From a virus (Duplodnaviria > Caudoviricetes): a stretch of 40,908 bases of DNA. A model generated the notes under the pieces. It did no database searches and had not been told where the DNA came from. It saw nothing but the letters and a program-made list of their open reading frames with translations. Location of the stretch: IMG/VR virus record IMGVR_UViG_3300025889_000273, positions 1 through 40,908 of that record. One strand, 5' to 3'. The translations under genes were made by a program, and so were the position numbers. How positions within the stretch are numbered: the stretch's first letter is position 1; each line of letters begins with the position of its first letter. Shown in pieces: positions 10,036 through 19,688 of the stretch.

Positions 10036-10457
10036 ATAGCGGCTTTGTTTACAACCACGATGCAGAAGTGGCGCAATGGTTGGCAGACGGGGTTGAAGGC
10101 GTCGAACAGTTTAGCCCGCCTTATGTCGCATTCGGTTATGTCCGCGATGGGCGGCTTGTCGCCGCTGCATTGTTCAATGAATGGAACGGCTCAAATATAG
10201 AAATTTCAATCAGGACAGAAGGTGCTATCCGGCGTGATTTCATGCGGGCTTGCTATGTCTATTGCTTTGAGGAAATCGGCGCGACCCGTGTAACCGCAAA
10301 AGTGCGTCGATCAAACAAACATTCGGCGCAAGTCGTATCGAAACTCGGCTTCACATTCGAGGCAACGCTGAAACATTATTTTGGATCGTTCAGGCGGGAC
10401 GATGCGCTGGTGTTTCGGCTTCTGAAATCCGACCAACCCAAATTCATGAGGTCATAA
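10032..10457 (+). CDS. GNAT-fold acetyltransferase-like morphogenesis protein
   Basis: 'RVTAKVRRSNKHSAQVVSKLGFTFEATLK' RimL/GNAT motif; conserved position between nozzle and ejection genes. Confidence 0.85.
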   Translation: MNSGFVYNHDAEVAQWLADGVEGVEQFSPPYVAFGYVRDGRLVAAALFNEWNGSNIEISIRTEGAIRRDFMRACYVYCFEEIGATRVTAKVRRSNKHSAQVVSKLGFTFEATLKHYFGSFRRDDALVFRLLKSDQPKFMRS

Positions 10458-10458
10458 C

Positions 10459-11439
10459 ATGGCTGGTGGTTCTTCCCCGCCTCCCGCGCCCGATCCCGTC
10501 AAGGTCGCGGAAGCACAAACCCAATCTAATAAAGAAACGTCGCAGTTTCAGGCCGGGATTAACCGCGCCGATCAATATACGCCGCAAGGCTCTACGACCT
10601 GGCGCATTGCTGGCTACTGGCCGGACGGTTCCCCAAAATACGAAAGCACGCAAGCCTATTCTCCCGGCGAGCAGAATATCTATGATCTAAACAATCAGGC
10701 GCGGGCGAATGTCGGACAAATTGCGGTCGATCAAAGTTCCCGAATTGGGAACATGCTGGGCACACCGCTTGATCTGAGCAACGAGAATGTATCAGGCTAT
10801 CTGATGGATTTGGGCCGGAAACGTATGGACCCGATGTTTGATGAAAGGTGGCAGCGTCAGGAGCAGGACTTGGCGAACAAAGGCATTAGCATGGGTTCTG
10901 ATGCCTATGGCCGCGCCCGGACTTCTTTCGACCAATCCCGCAATGACGCCTACAACCAGCTTCTATTAAGTGGCCGTGCGCAGGGCGTGCAGGAAATGCT
11001 TGCGGCCCGCAATCAACCGATCAATGAAACAACCGCTCTTATGTCCGGCTCGCAAGTTAGCCAGCCTTCGTTCGTGGGTAACCCGCAGACTGGCGTTGCG
11101 AATACGGACGTGGCCGGGATTTATAACAACAACTACAATCAGCAGATGGCCGCTTATAATGCGGAGCAGCAAGGCAACAATGCCATGATGGGCGGCCTGT
11201 TCGGTATGGGCGCATCAGCCCTGCGCTTCCTGCCATTCTCTGACGCCCGGTTGAAAAAGGATATTGTACGCACTGGAGAAACAGGGCCGAAGGGCCTTGG
11301 TGAAGTCGAATGGACGTACATTTGGGGCGGGCCGAGGTATCGCGGCTATATCGCGCAGGAAGTCTTGCCGCTGTTCCCCGATGCTGTTCACTACTCGCCG
11401 GAAGGCTTCATGGCTCTTGACTATTCGAGGATTGTCTAA
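10459..11439 (+). CDS. Ejection/pilot protein with C-terminal peptidase S74-type intramolecular chaperone domain
   Basis: Q/N/G-rich body, 'MMGGLFGMG' segment, then 'FSDARLKKDI...GYIAQEV...PDAV...LDY' S74 signature. Confidence 0.8.
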   Translation: MAGGSSPPPAPDPVKVAEAQTQSNKETSQFQAGINRADQYTPQGSTTWRIAGYWPDGSPKYESTQAYSPGEQNIYDLNNQARANVGQIAVDQSSRIGNMLGTPLDLSNENVSGYLMDLGRKRMDPMFDERWQRQEQDLANKGISMGSDAYGRARTSFDQSRNDAYNQLLLSGRAQGVQEMLAARNQPINETTALMSGSQVSQPSFVGNPQTGVANTDVAGIYNNNYNQQMAAYNAEQQGNNAMMGGLFGMGASALRFLPFSDARLKKDIVRTGETGPKGLGEVEWTYIWGGPRYRGYIAQEVLPLFPDAVHYSPEGFMALDYSRIV

Positions 11440-13355
11440 TGGCTCTAGGTTTTTTTGAGGCCGTCGATCCAATCGAACAGGCCAAAAACCCTAACTATGT
11501 CGCAAGCCGTCGCCGGATGCTTGAGGCATTGCAAAAAGAAGCAATGTCAACGGCTCCGATCAAGCATTGGACGCAGGGCGGGGCTCGCCTGCTGAATGCG
11601 TTGGCGAACAAGTATGAGGAAGGGCAACTTGCCAAGGGCGAACGGGAAGGGCTGAAAGAAAACGCAGCCATTCTTGCATCGCTGTTTGGTGGCACGGGTA
11701 CGGCTCCCGGTGTGTCTCCCGCTGGTGCAGCCGTAGCGCCGGGGGGTGGGCCGCCTCCATCTCCCGGCGCACCCGCTCGCCCTGCTGAAGTGGTAGTCCC
11801 TGACCCATCCACAACGGTGCCTGGCGCTCCTGTGCGCGGCGTTGCTATGCCGCAAGAAATGGCGGGGGGTGGCACATCTGGTTCTCCGCAGGATCGTGAT
11901 TTGGCTATTCGGACAATTCTAGCCGAGGCTGGAAACCAAGGACCACAGGGGCAGGCAGCGGTTGCCGCAGTTATCCGAAACAGGATGGCTACTGGCAAAT
12001 GGGGCAGCACGCCTTCTGATGTTGTTTTGGCAAAAAACCAATTTGAGCCTTGGAATAAGCCGGGCAATCCAAACGACCCGATGAGGTTTGACCCGAATAG
12101 CCCAAAATATGCTGCGGCGGCTAAGATATATGATGCCGTCATGACCGGCCAAGTGCCAGACCCGACACGGGGCGCAACGCATTTTTATGCACCTGTCGCA
12201 CAGTCTGCCTTGGGAAGGAATACGCCAGCATGGGCTAGAGGCCAGCAAGGCCAGAAAATAGGGGGGCACACATTCTTTGCCCCGGAGGGCAGAGTTAGCC
12301 CCGGCGCACAACTTCCTAGCGCACAGGCCGACGCCTTCGGCGCGAGTGTCACTCCCGGCAGTCCTGCAATCCCGCCAAGCCCAGCCCAGCCTTACAATGT
12401 AGCACAGGCAGGCGGCGCTCCCGTTGCCCCTCCGCAATCGAACGTCCAGCAACGCCTCATGGCCGCAATGGGCAATCCGAACTTCGCGGCATATATCCAG
12501 AAAAACCCCATCGCGTTGATGATGTTGCAGCAGCAGATAGGCAAAGACCCGATAACTCGCCAGAAGCAATTGCTGGAAATTCAGCAAATGCAACAAAACA
12601 TGCAGGGCGGCAATCCGCAGCAACAGGAAAAAGCACGCCTTGAATTGGAAGCGCTTCGCAAAAAGATAAACGATGGCGAGCCGACAAACGATGTAAAGAA
12701 TTACAGGTACGGCCAGAAAGACCCCGCTTTCATTGCTCACCAAGAAAAGATGAAACGCGCTGGAGCCATGCGTAGTGAAGGCGCAATCCCGCCAGGGTAT
12801 AGCGCGGTCCGCGATGCAACAGGAAATGTCATAAGGCTTGAGCCAATCCCAGGCGGCAAGGTGGCGGAAGCCGCAAAAGCGCAAAAAGTCTCCGAGAAAA
12901 GTTCGGCTAGCAATGTCGTTGATGTGATTGGCGATATTGAAAAAGCCATGAGTGGCGCGACTTTGCCGACTACGGGTGCGATTGGTTCTAGGCTGGCAAA
13001 TTATGGCGGTACTGCTGCAAACGATGTTCGCCGCAATCTTGAAACTCTGAAAGCCAACATATCATTCCAGAAATTGAATGAAATGCGCCAGCAATCCCCG
13101 ACAGGTGGTGCATTAGGGAACGTCAGCAACAAGGAAACGGATTTGCTTGGCGCTGTTATCCGCAACCTAGAGCAATCACAAACCAAAGCACAATTTGTGA
13201 AAAATCTTGGTGTGGTAAAGGATACTTATCTTAAAATAATTCACGGGCCTGATTACAAGAAAGCGGCGGCTGCACCGGCGGGCAAGCCAAGCCTGCCCGG
13301 CGCTGGCAAAGTTGGAGTTTACAATCCAGCTACAGGAAAGATCGAATATCAATGA
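11439..13355 (+). CDS. Ejection protein with SleB/Hydrolase_2 cell-wall hydrolase domain
   Basis: 'RTILAEA...QAAVAAVIRNR...VV..NQFEPW...DPTRGATHFY...PAW...IGGHTFF' between Pro-rich linkers. Confidence 0.85.
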   Translation: MALGFFEAVDPIEQAKNPNYVASRRRMLEALQKEAMSTAPIKHWTQGGARLLNALANKYEEGQLAKGEREGLKENAAILASLFGGTGTAPGVSPAGAAVAPGGGPPPSPGAPARPAEVVVPDPSTTVPGAPVRGVAMPQEMAGGGTSGSPQDRDLAIRTILAEAGNQGPQGQAAVAAVIRNRMATGKWGSTPSDVVLAKNQFEPWNKPGNPNDPMRFDPNSPKYAAAAKIYDAVMTGQVPDPTRGATHFYAPVAQSALGRNTPAWARGQQGQKIGGHTFFAPEGRVSPGAQLPSAQADAFGASVTPGSPAIPPSPAQPYNVAQAGGAPVAPPQSNVQQRLMAAMGNPNFAAYIQKNPIALMMLQQQIGKDPITRQKQLLEIQQMQQNMQGGNPQQQEKARLELEALRKKINDGEPTNDVKNYRYGQKDPAFIAHQEKMKRAGAMRSEGAIPPGYSAVRDATGNVIRLEPIPGGKVAEAAKAQKVSEKSSASNVVDVIGDIEKAMSGATLPTTGAIGSRLANYGGTAANDVRRNLETLKANISFQKLNEMRQQSPTGGALGNVSNKETDLLGAVIRNLEQSQTKAQFVKNLGVVKDTYLKIIHGPDYKKAAAAPAGKPSLPGAGKVGVYNPATGKIEYQ

Positions 13356-15028
13356 TTGAGATCAAAGCGCCTGACGGGTCCGTTGTCCATTTCCCCGATG
13401 GGACTGACGGGTCTGTCATTGAAAAAGCCATGCAGGCACAATTCCCGCCGACAGGCGCGGACACATTAACAGATGTTGCGATGGGCGGCGCTGTTGGTGC
13501 TGCGAAAGGCACACTTGGCCTTGCTGGTATGATACCAGATGTTGCCGGTCTGGCGCGTGTTGGTGCAAATAAGCTTTTCGATCAATTCATGCCTGCCCGG
13601 CCAGCCAATGCCCCGAAACCGCCTGACCTTGGGGAATATCTTGGCAGCGCTGGATTGCAAAAAGGCGTTGAAAAGCTAACTGGAAAATTCTACGAGCCAA
13701 AAACAACCGCAGGGCAATACGCAAAGACTATTGGTGAGTTTTTGCCAGGTGCTGCAATTATGCCGGGCAGTATTCCCGCGAATCTTGCGATGGCGGCAAC
13801 GTCTGGCGTAGGCGCAGAAACAGCCGGGCAGTTGACTAAAGGCACAGGCGCAGAACCTTATGCAAGGCTTGCGGGCGCTTTGGTTGGGGGCGCTGCACCG
13901 TCAATGCTGAAACGCATAGCAACTCCATTGCCAATCGACCAAAAAAGAATGGAGATGATAAAGCTACTTGAAAAAGAGGGTATACCGCTGACGGCTGGGC
14001 AAAAAACAGGCAACAGTGCCGTGCAATATGGAGAAAGCATACTTGGAACAGCGCCTTTCTCTGGTGGCAAGGCCGCCGCTATACAGGATGCACAGGCCAA
14101 GGCATTCACGCAGGGCGGCTTAAAGCGAGCCGGGATAATAGCCGAAGATGCGGGGCCAGCAACGCTAAACAAAACCTATGCTGAATTTGGGCCGAGGTTT
14201 GAAAATGCCGCCGCTAGGTCGAACTTTACGCTAGATAAACAATTTGCAAAAGAATTGCTGCCGACATTCGAGCGGTATGTGAAAAATAGCATACCTGACC
14301 AAAGGCCGTCGCTCCCTGATAGTTTGGCAAGGTCTATTACTGACATATCTAAGAACCAAGGCGGGAGCATGACTGGGGCACAATTCAGTTCTATGCGCCG
14401 CGATATACAAGACGCGCTGAAAACGGCAACCGGCGACTATAGGGAATTGCTTGTTAGCTTGAGAAGTTCACTTGACAACAATCTCATGCGGACCGGCAGC
14501 CCCGGTATGGTAAACGAATGGAAAACATTAAATAAGGATTATTCAAACTTCAAAACTATTGAAAAGGCGATGGGCGGGGCCGGTTCTGGTACTGCGTTTG
14601 GAACATTGTCGCCGCAACAATTGCGGACTGCGGTGCAGAATAGCTATAGCGGGGCATATACCCGTGGCACGAGCGATATGGCAGACTATGCCCGCGCCGG
14701 TGCCGCTATCATGCAACCGCTTCCTAATTCAGGAACAGCACAAAGGAACCTAATCACTGGAATTGTGGATAAAACAACTAATGCAGCGCCGGTAATCGGC
14801 GGGGTCGCTGCGTTTAGCGCTGGCCGTAGCCCGGAAGAAATTCTGGCTGCGGTCTTGGCCGCTGGGGCAATCCCAGGCACAGCGGGCCGCGCCATTATGT
14901 CAAAGCCAGTGCAGAAGTACCTTGCAAACCAGAAGTTTGCCGGACCAGACAAAGACAAGATAGAACGGCTATTGATGGCTATTCGCCCCGAATTGATGAA
15001 TGTGAGCGGGAATAGAGGCCAAAAATAG
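13352..15028 (+). CDS. Third ejection (DNA transfer) protein
   Basis: 'IKAPDGSVVHFPDGT' N-terminus, 'GIPLTAGQKTG', 'PNSGTAQR' motifs and G/A-rich hydrophobic stretches typical of P22 gp16/gp20-like proteins. Confidence 0.72.
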   Translation: MIEIKAPDGSVVHFPDGTDGSVIEKAMQAQFPPTGADTLTDVAMGGAVGAAKGTLGLAGMIPDVAGLARVGANKLFDQFMPARPANAPKPPDLGEYLGSAGLQKGVEKLTGKFYEPKTTAGQYAKTIGEFLPGAAIMPGSIPANLAMAATSGVGAETAGQLTKGTGAEPYARLAGALVGGAAPSMLKRIATPLPIDQKRMEMIKLLEKEGIPLTAGQKTGNSAVQYGESILGTAPFSGGKAAAIQDAQAKAFTQGGLKRAGIIAEDAGPATLNKTYAEFGPRFENAAARSNFTLDKQFAKELLPTFERYVKNSIPDQRPSLPDSLARSITDISKNQGGSMTGAQFSSMRRDIQDALKTATGDYRELLVSLRSSLDNNLMRTGSPGMVNEWKTLNKDYSNFKTIEKAMGGAGSGTAFGTLSPQQLRTAVQNSYSGAYTRGTSDMADYARAGAAIMQPLPNSGTAQRNLITGIVDKTTNAAPVIGGVAAFSAGRSPEEILAAVLAAGAIPGTAGRAIMSKPVQKYLANQKFAGPDKDKIERLLMAIRPELMNVSGNRGQK

Positions 15029-15167
15029 CCGTTAATATTTGCGTTGCCATTCCGGCTGCAATCAGGCCGATGATGGCGGCTGCGTATCCGTTTTCGGTCC
15101 ATTTCCATTCAATGTTTGATGAAATCACGGCACCGAACACCGACAATTGAAACAGTTTCCAAATCAT
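14979..15167 (-). CDS. Small antisense membrane protein (candidate superinfection exclusion)
   Basis: 62 aa, two hydrophobic segments, RBS aggaag; fills the only gap in the late operon. Confidence 0.6.
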   Translation of the reverse strand: MIWKLFQLSVFGAVISSNIEWKWTENGYAAAIIGLIAAGMATQILTAIFGLYSRSHSSIRGE

Positions 15168-15178
15168 GAGGCTTCCTA

Positions 15179-15940
15179 ATGGCTTATAACGGTTCCGGCA
15201 CGTTCAACTTGTCCGATACGCTTACGGCATCTACCACGGCAACTGCTTCCGAAGTCAATGCAATTCTGTCCGATATAGCAAGCGGCTTAACCGCAGCCCT
15301 GGCTAAAGACGGCCAGTCTAGCATGACCGGCCAATTCAAGGCAGCGTCTGGTACAGTATCGGCTCCCGGCATTGCTTTTTCAAGTGACACAAACTCCGGT
15401 TTTTACCTGATTTCTGGTGATACTTGGGGACTAAGCCTTGGCGGGGCGCTGATTGCCACCTTTGACACGGGCGGAATAAACCTTGCCAGCGGCAAGACCT
15501 TTGAAATCAATTCTGTTGACCAGAACGCTTTTCCGTCCGGTACGCGGATGCTTTTTCAGCAGACGGCAGCCCCAACCGGCTGGACCAAGGACGCCACGCA
15601 TAACGACAAGGCGCTGCGCATTACGTCCGGCACGGTATCGACGGGCGGAACTGTAGCCTTTGAAACAGCCTTTGCCAGTAAATCAGTCGCGGGCACGATT
15701 GGCGGCACAGCCCTGACCGAAGCGCAACTCCCGGCGCATACCCATACCGTTGACACGAAATCCACGACCTACACGGGCGGCGCTTCCACATTCGAGGCAA
15801 TCAACGGCTCTGCGGGTACGCCTACAACGGAAACAACGTCAAGCGTCGGTTCTGGCGATACTCACACGCACACATTCACCGGCACGGCCATTGATCTGGA
15901 TGTGCAGTTTGTCGATGTCATAATTGCAGAAAAAGATTGA
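15179..15940 (+). CDS. Short tail fibre / collar-domain protein
   Basis: 'MAYNGSGTF', 'APGIAFSSDTNSGFY', 'FPSGTRMLFQQTAAPTGWTK', 'LTEAQLPAHTH' fibre/collar motifs. Confidence 0.8.
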   Translation: MAYNGSGTFNLSDTLTASTTATASEVNAILSDIASGLTAALAKDGQSSMTGQFKAASGTVSAPGIAFSSDTNSGFYLISGDTWGLSLGGALIATFDTGGINLASGKTFEINSVDQNAFPSGTRMLFQQTAAPTGWTKDATHNDKALRITSGTVSTGGTVAFETAFASKSVAGTIGGTALTEAQLPAHTHTVDTKSTTYTGGASTFEAINGSAGTPTTETTSSVGSGDTHTHTFTGTAIDLDVQFVDVIIAEKD

Positions 15941-16248
15941 GGGTTTTGACACGCATGAAACCCCGCGCCGAACCGGGCGAATATTGCCCATTCTGGAAAA
16001 AGGACGTTTCCAAGGTCTGCCATACTTGCCACTTGTACGAATGCATCAAGGGCAAGGCCAAGGATGGCGAGCCTACAGTCCAATGGGCCTGTGCAATACG
16101 GCTTATTCCAACCGTGATGGTCCAGAATACCAACACGGCCAAGGAAGTAACGGAAGCCGTCGAGGCACTTCGCAAAGACGTGCAAAACACTTCACCGATT
16201 AAAGTCATAGAAAGCATCGCCCGTGCCGCTCCGCAATCGCTCACTTGA
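15937..16248 (+). CDS. Small Cys-rich tail-fibre-associated protein
   Basis: 'CPFWKK...C..C...W.CAI' pattern; TTG start overlapping the fibre stop. Confidence 0.65.
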   Translation: MRVLTRMKPRAEPGEYCPFWKKDVSKVCHTCHLYECIKGKAKDGEPTVQWACAIRLIPTVMVQNTNTAKEVTEAVEALRKDVQNTSPIKVIESIARAAPQSLT

Positions 16249-16963
16249 AATGGGCGGCAAGCCCATAGAGGGCGTTGCCGATGGCGTTGAGGATACAGAC
16301 GCTGTTAACAAAGGACAGATGGATACGGCTATTGCCGATGAAATCGCCGCCGCCGCGCATGATCCTGTTACCCTTGCAGGCACACCGGATTACATCACGC
16401 TTTCAGGACAGGTTATTACCCGAAGCCAGATTGATTTAACTGCCGATGTGACTGGTGTTCTTCCGGTAGTCAACTTTGCCACAGGCACGCCTGACGGGAC
16501 AAAGTTCGTCAGAGATGACGGCGTTTTGGCTGCTGTTCCAGATAGCTACCCATGGACCGAAAGCGTTCTAGCATCCGACGCAAGCATATCTACAACAACA
16601 TGGACTGACGTTAGCTCCGCGCTATCGTTCGCCGTTGCTGCAAGCACGAATTATCTAGTGTTCTTTGACCTGTTTGTGACGGGTTCCACAAGCGGCATAA
16701 ATCTGGCGGTGAATGGTCCTTCCGGGGCAACCTTTTACGCGGGTTGCCATGGTGGCGCAGGCGGCACGCAAGCCGCTGTTACCGCTTATGACACAACGTT
16801 CTATACCGGAGCGGCCAGCACAAACAGCTATTATGTCCGGGCAATGGTTGATTTCCGCAACAGCACAAATGCGGGAACGCTGGCGCTGCGGTTCAAACTG
16901 ACTTCAGGCACGACAACAACATACGTCCGGGCGGGTGCGCTCCTAAAATACAGGGTAAATTGA
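16223..16963 (+). CDS. Tail fibre-like protein
   Basis: 'LEMGGKPIEGVADG..TDAVNKGQ' trimeric neck motif, 'GTPDGTKFVRDDG', C-terminal beta-sandwich; start could be ATG 16250. Confidence 0.7.
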   Translation: MPLRNRSLEMGGKPIEGVADGVEDTDAVNKGQMDTAIADEIAAAAHDPVTLAGTPDYITLSGQVITRSQIDLTADVTGVLPVVNFATGTPDGTKFVRDDGVLAAVPDSYPWTESVLASDASISTTTWTDVSSALSFAVAASTNYLVFFDLFVTGSTSGINLAVNGPSGATFYAGCHGGAGGTQAAVTAYDTTFYTGAASTNSYYVRAMVDFRNSTNAGTLALRFKLTSGTTTTYVRAGALLKYRVN

Positions 16964-19680
16964 TGGCAATTTCTGAAACAATTATCCGCCCAGGCGTTGC
17001 TCCTATCGAGGGCGGGTTATCATCGACAAATAGCGTCGATTGGGCAAATGTCGGTAATAAGCCGGGATTGCTGGAATCAGCGAATAATCTGAACGATGTT
17101 GAAAATGCTTCAACCGCACTGACCAATCTTGGCGCAACATCTTCCGGTGCGGCTTTATTGACTGCTGCGAACGCCGCTGCACAGCGTACGCTTCTGAACG
17201 TCGAAGATGGCGCGGACGTAACGGACGCAACGAATGTTGCCGCCGCTGGCGCTGTCATGGATGGCGACTTTTCCACGAATGGCCTGCTGAAACGCACAGG
17301 CTCTGGCGCTTATTCAACGGCAACGGAAGGCACGGACTATTACGCACCGTCCGGCACTGATGTCGCCCTGGCTGATGGCGGCACAGGCGCAAGCACGGCA
17401 CGCGGCGCACTGACTGCCCTTGGTGCTGTTGGTCATTACACAAGCAAGGCGACGGTTGCAGCGCTTGGTTTATCGGCGGGGGCAACTGTAAAAATCAATG
17501 GCGATACATGGGTTCTGACTAGCGGAAACTATGCCTCTCTTGTGACTGCGGACACAGAAGAAGGCTTGTATTTTGCAGATGGAGCTATTGCTACATCTAC
17601 CGCCGCATGGGTGCGAATATATGAAGGCGCTATAAAAGCATCATGGTTTGGGGTTTCTACATCTAATACGGCAGCACAGAACGATACGGCATTGACCGCT
17701 GCAATTGCGGTTGTTGCTGCCGGGTCTGTTTTTGAGATTGATGTTGTTGGGACGGTTCCGTTCTCCGATTCTTCGCCGTCATTTACAATATCGGAAAACG
17801 ATGTGACGGTTAGGCTTGTCGCTGGTTGCAATATGCGCGCCAAAGACCTGACGGGGACGGCTATATTTATATCTGGCGATAGGGTTCGGATTGAAGGGCC
17901 TGGCAAATTTTTATCTTACATTCAAACATTCACAGAAGCTGGCGATTTTTCAACTGTTACTGCAAATGTAGGAACATTGAATATAATAGAAGTGTCCGGC
18001 GATGATTGCGTGTTTGATAGCATTGGTATTGATAATCCTGTGCAATGCGGGATTTTCCTGGATAATTGCAACGGCACTGTGATAAAAAATTGCTACGGGT
18101 CAGGCAATTTTCCCTATTCAGAATATAACGGCAGCACGACGCTTAATCTTTATTTCGTTTATTTCGACCCTGCTGACGGAGGAACATTTACTGTCGAAGG
18201 CTGTACGTTTGATTCCTACATAAGTCCGGTTGGCGTCGGCAACTTATCCGGTTCTGCTACTGCGTTCAGGTGTCGCATAGTAAATAACAAATTCAAAAAT
18301 TGTTGGGATCATGCTGTTTATGGCCTCTCCATGAAGGGGACCATAGTTAGTGGAAACCAGTGCGTAGATTGTCGGAAGCCATTCGCTATTGATGCAGAGG
18401 GCTCGGTAATCACAGGCAATACGACTGTTGCAACAGACACAACACAATCAAACCACTTCCAAGGATGGTCGCTACGAAACGCAAAACGTGTTCGCGTATC
18501 TGATAACTATATTGAGGGCGTCGGCGCTGCGATAAGTCTTGACGCAACAATCAATTCGGCTGCTGCTGGGACTTCCCTCCGTGATGTTGTTTCGATTGTA
18601 TCTGGCGGCTCTGGATACATCGTTGGGGAAGTCATAACACTGACTGGCGGAACCCTTTCAGGGAGCGGAGCGCAGGCGACGTTGACAGTTCTTACAGTAA
18701 ATTCAGGCGCAGTGACTTCGGTAGAAATAACTACCGCTGGCGGTTATTCTGTCGTTCCAGCCGACGCAGGCTCAACGACTGCTTCCGCTTCCGGCACTGG
18801 CGCAACATTCCAATTTGAATGGTTTGCTGACATTTTCGACAACGAAATAACTGATAACACAATCATACAGACTGCCGCATCATCTGAACTTGAATGTTGT
18901 GTCCGGGTCTACTCGCAGTATGCCCGTTCCTACCGTAACAAGATTGACAATAACAGGCTTCACAATCGCTCTGGTATTGCCCTGTTTCAGGGCGCAATCT
19001 ACGTTCAAGGCTCATCTTCGCACCAAGGGTATGGGAACAGCGTAACAAGGAATCGTGTTGTATCCACAAAGAACAATTGGCTGTGCTATGGCGCTTATCA
19101 AACAGATTTGAGGATTGAAGGTAATATCTTCGAGCGTGCAAATTGGGAATACGCCAGCACGGTAACTCTTGAAATGGTTTATCTTGAGAACAGCACACGT
19201 CCGCAAGTTTACAACAACGACTTTATAATTGTTGGCGGTTGTGGCGGCTTGACTGCTCGCGGAATAACCGTGGCGGCCACATGCACTGATGCTGCTCTTG
19301 TCGGAAATAAAAACAAGATGCGAAGCGCATCGCTCGTGAACATTGCAACAATAAATTCTGCATTCATTATAGACAGCGGTACAGACACGTATCGTTCGCG
19401 CAACCATTACAGCATGGACTACCCTCTAACAGGAACTATAACATTAGGTGCCGCTAGTGGGTCTGCCCAAGTCCAGAACGATAATGTTGTTGCAAACAAT
19501 GCTTGCCGGGTAAAGATCACGCCCCGCACGGCAGGCGCGGCATTGGAAGCTTTAGACCATGGTGTTTATGTAGAACACAACGGCGGAACTTATTTTGCGA
19601 CTGGATATGTGAAAATTGTTACCGGCGACGCGAACACATCTACGAATACCTCGTCGTGGAATTATGAAATTGATTGGTAG
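16963..19680 (+). CDS. Tailspike with right-handed beta-helix (putative polysaccharide depolymerase)
   Basis: Fibre repeats ('LNDVENASTALTNLG', 'DVALADGGTGA'), 'ASWFG...NDTALTAAI' beta-helix entry motif, many N/I/V ladder repeats; visibly AT-richer after about 17500. Confidence 0.85.
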   Translation: MAISETIIRPGVAPIEGGLSSTNSVDWANVGNKPGLLESANNLNDVENASTALTNLGATSSGAALLTAANAAAQRTLLNVEDGADVTDATNVAAAGAVMDGDFSTNGLLKRTGSGAYSTATEGTDYYAPSGTDVALADGGTGASTARGALTALGAVGHYTSKATVAALGLSAGATVKINGDTWVLTSGNYASLVTADTEEGLYFADGAIATSTAAWVRIYEGAIKASWFGVSTSNTAAQNDTALTAAIAVVAAGSVFEIDVVGTVPFSDSSPSFTISENDVTVRLVAGCNMRAKDLTGTAIFISGDRVRIEGPGKFLSYIQTFTEAGDFSTVTANVGTLNIIEVSGDDCVFDSIGIDNPVQCGIFLDNCNGTVIKNCYGSGNFPYSEYNGSTTLNLYFVYFDPADGGTFTVEGCTFDSYISPVGVGNLSGSATAFRCRIVNNKFKNCWDHAVYGLSMKGTIVSGNQCVDCRKPFAIDAEGSVITGNTTVATDTTQSNHFQGWSLRNAKRVRVSDNYIEGVGAAISLDATINSAAAGTSLRDVVSIVSGGSGYIVGEVITLTGGTLSGSGAQATLTVLTVNSGAVTSVEITTAGGYSVVPADAGSTTASASGTGATFQFEWFADIFDNEITDNTIIQTAASSELECCVRVYSQYARSYRNKIDNNRLHNRSGIALFQGAIYVQGSSSHQGYGNSVTRNRVVSTKNNWLCYGAYQTDLRIEGNIFERANWEYASTVTLEMVYLENSTRPQVYNNDFIIVGGCGGLTARGITVAATCTDAALVGNKNKMRSASLVNIATINSAFIIDSGTDTYRSRNHYSMDYPLTGTITLGAASGSAQVQNDNVVANNACRVKITPRTAGAALEALDHGVYVEHNGGTYFATGYVKIVTGDANTSTNTSSWNYEIDW

Positions 19681-19688
19681 TTGAAACA

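Noticed and set aside
11495-12884. Long minus-strand ORFs (215 and 321 aa)
   Set aside because: Fully overlap a well-supported ejection gene and show no recognisable motifs
15179-19680. Diversity-generating retroelement or invertible fibre cassette
   Set aside because: No reverse transcriptase, invertase, template/variable repeat pair or flanking inverted sites seen
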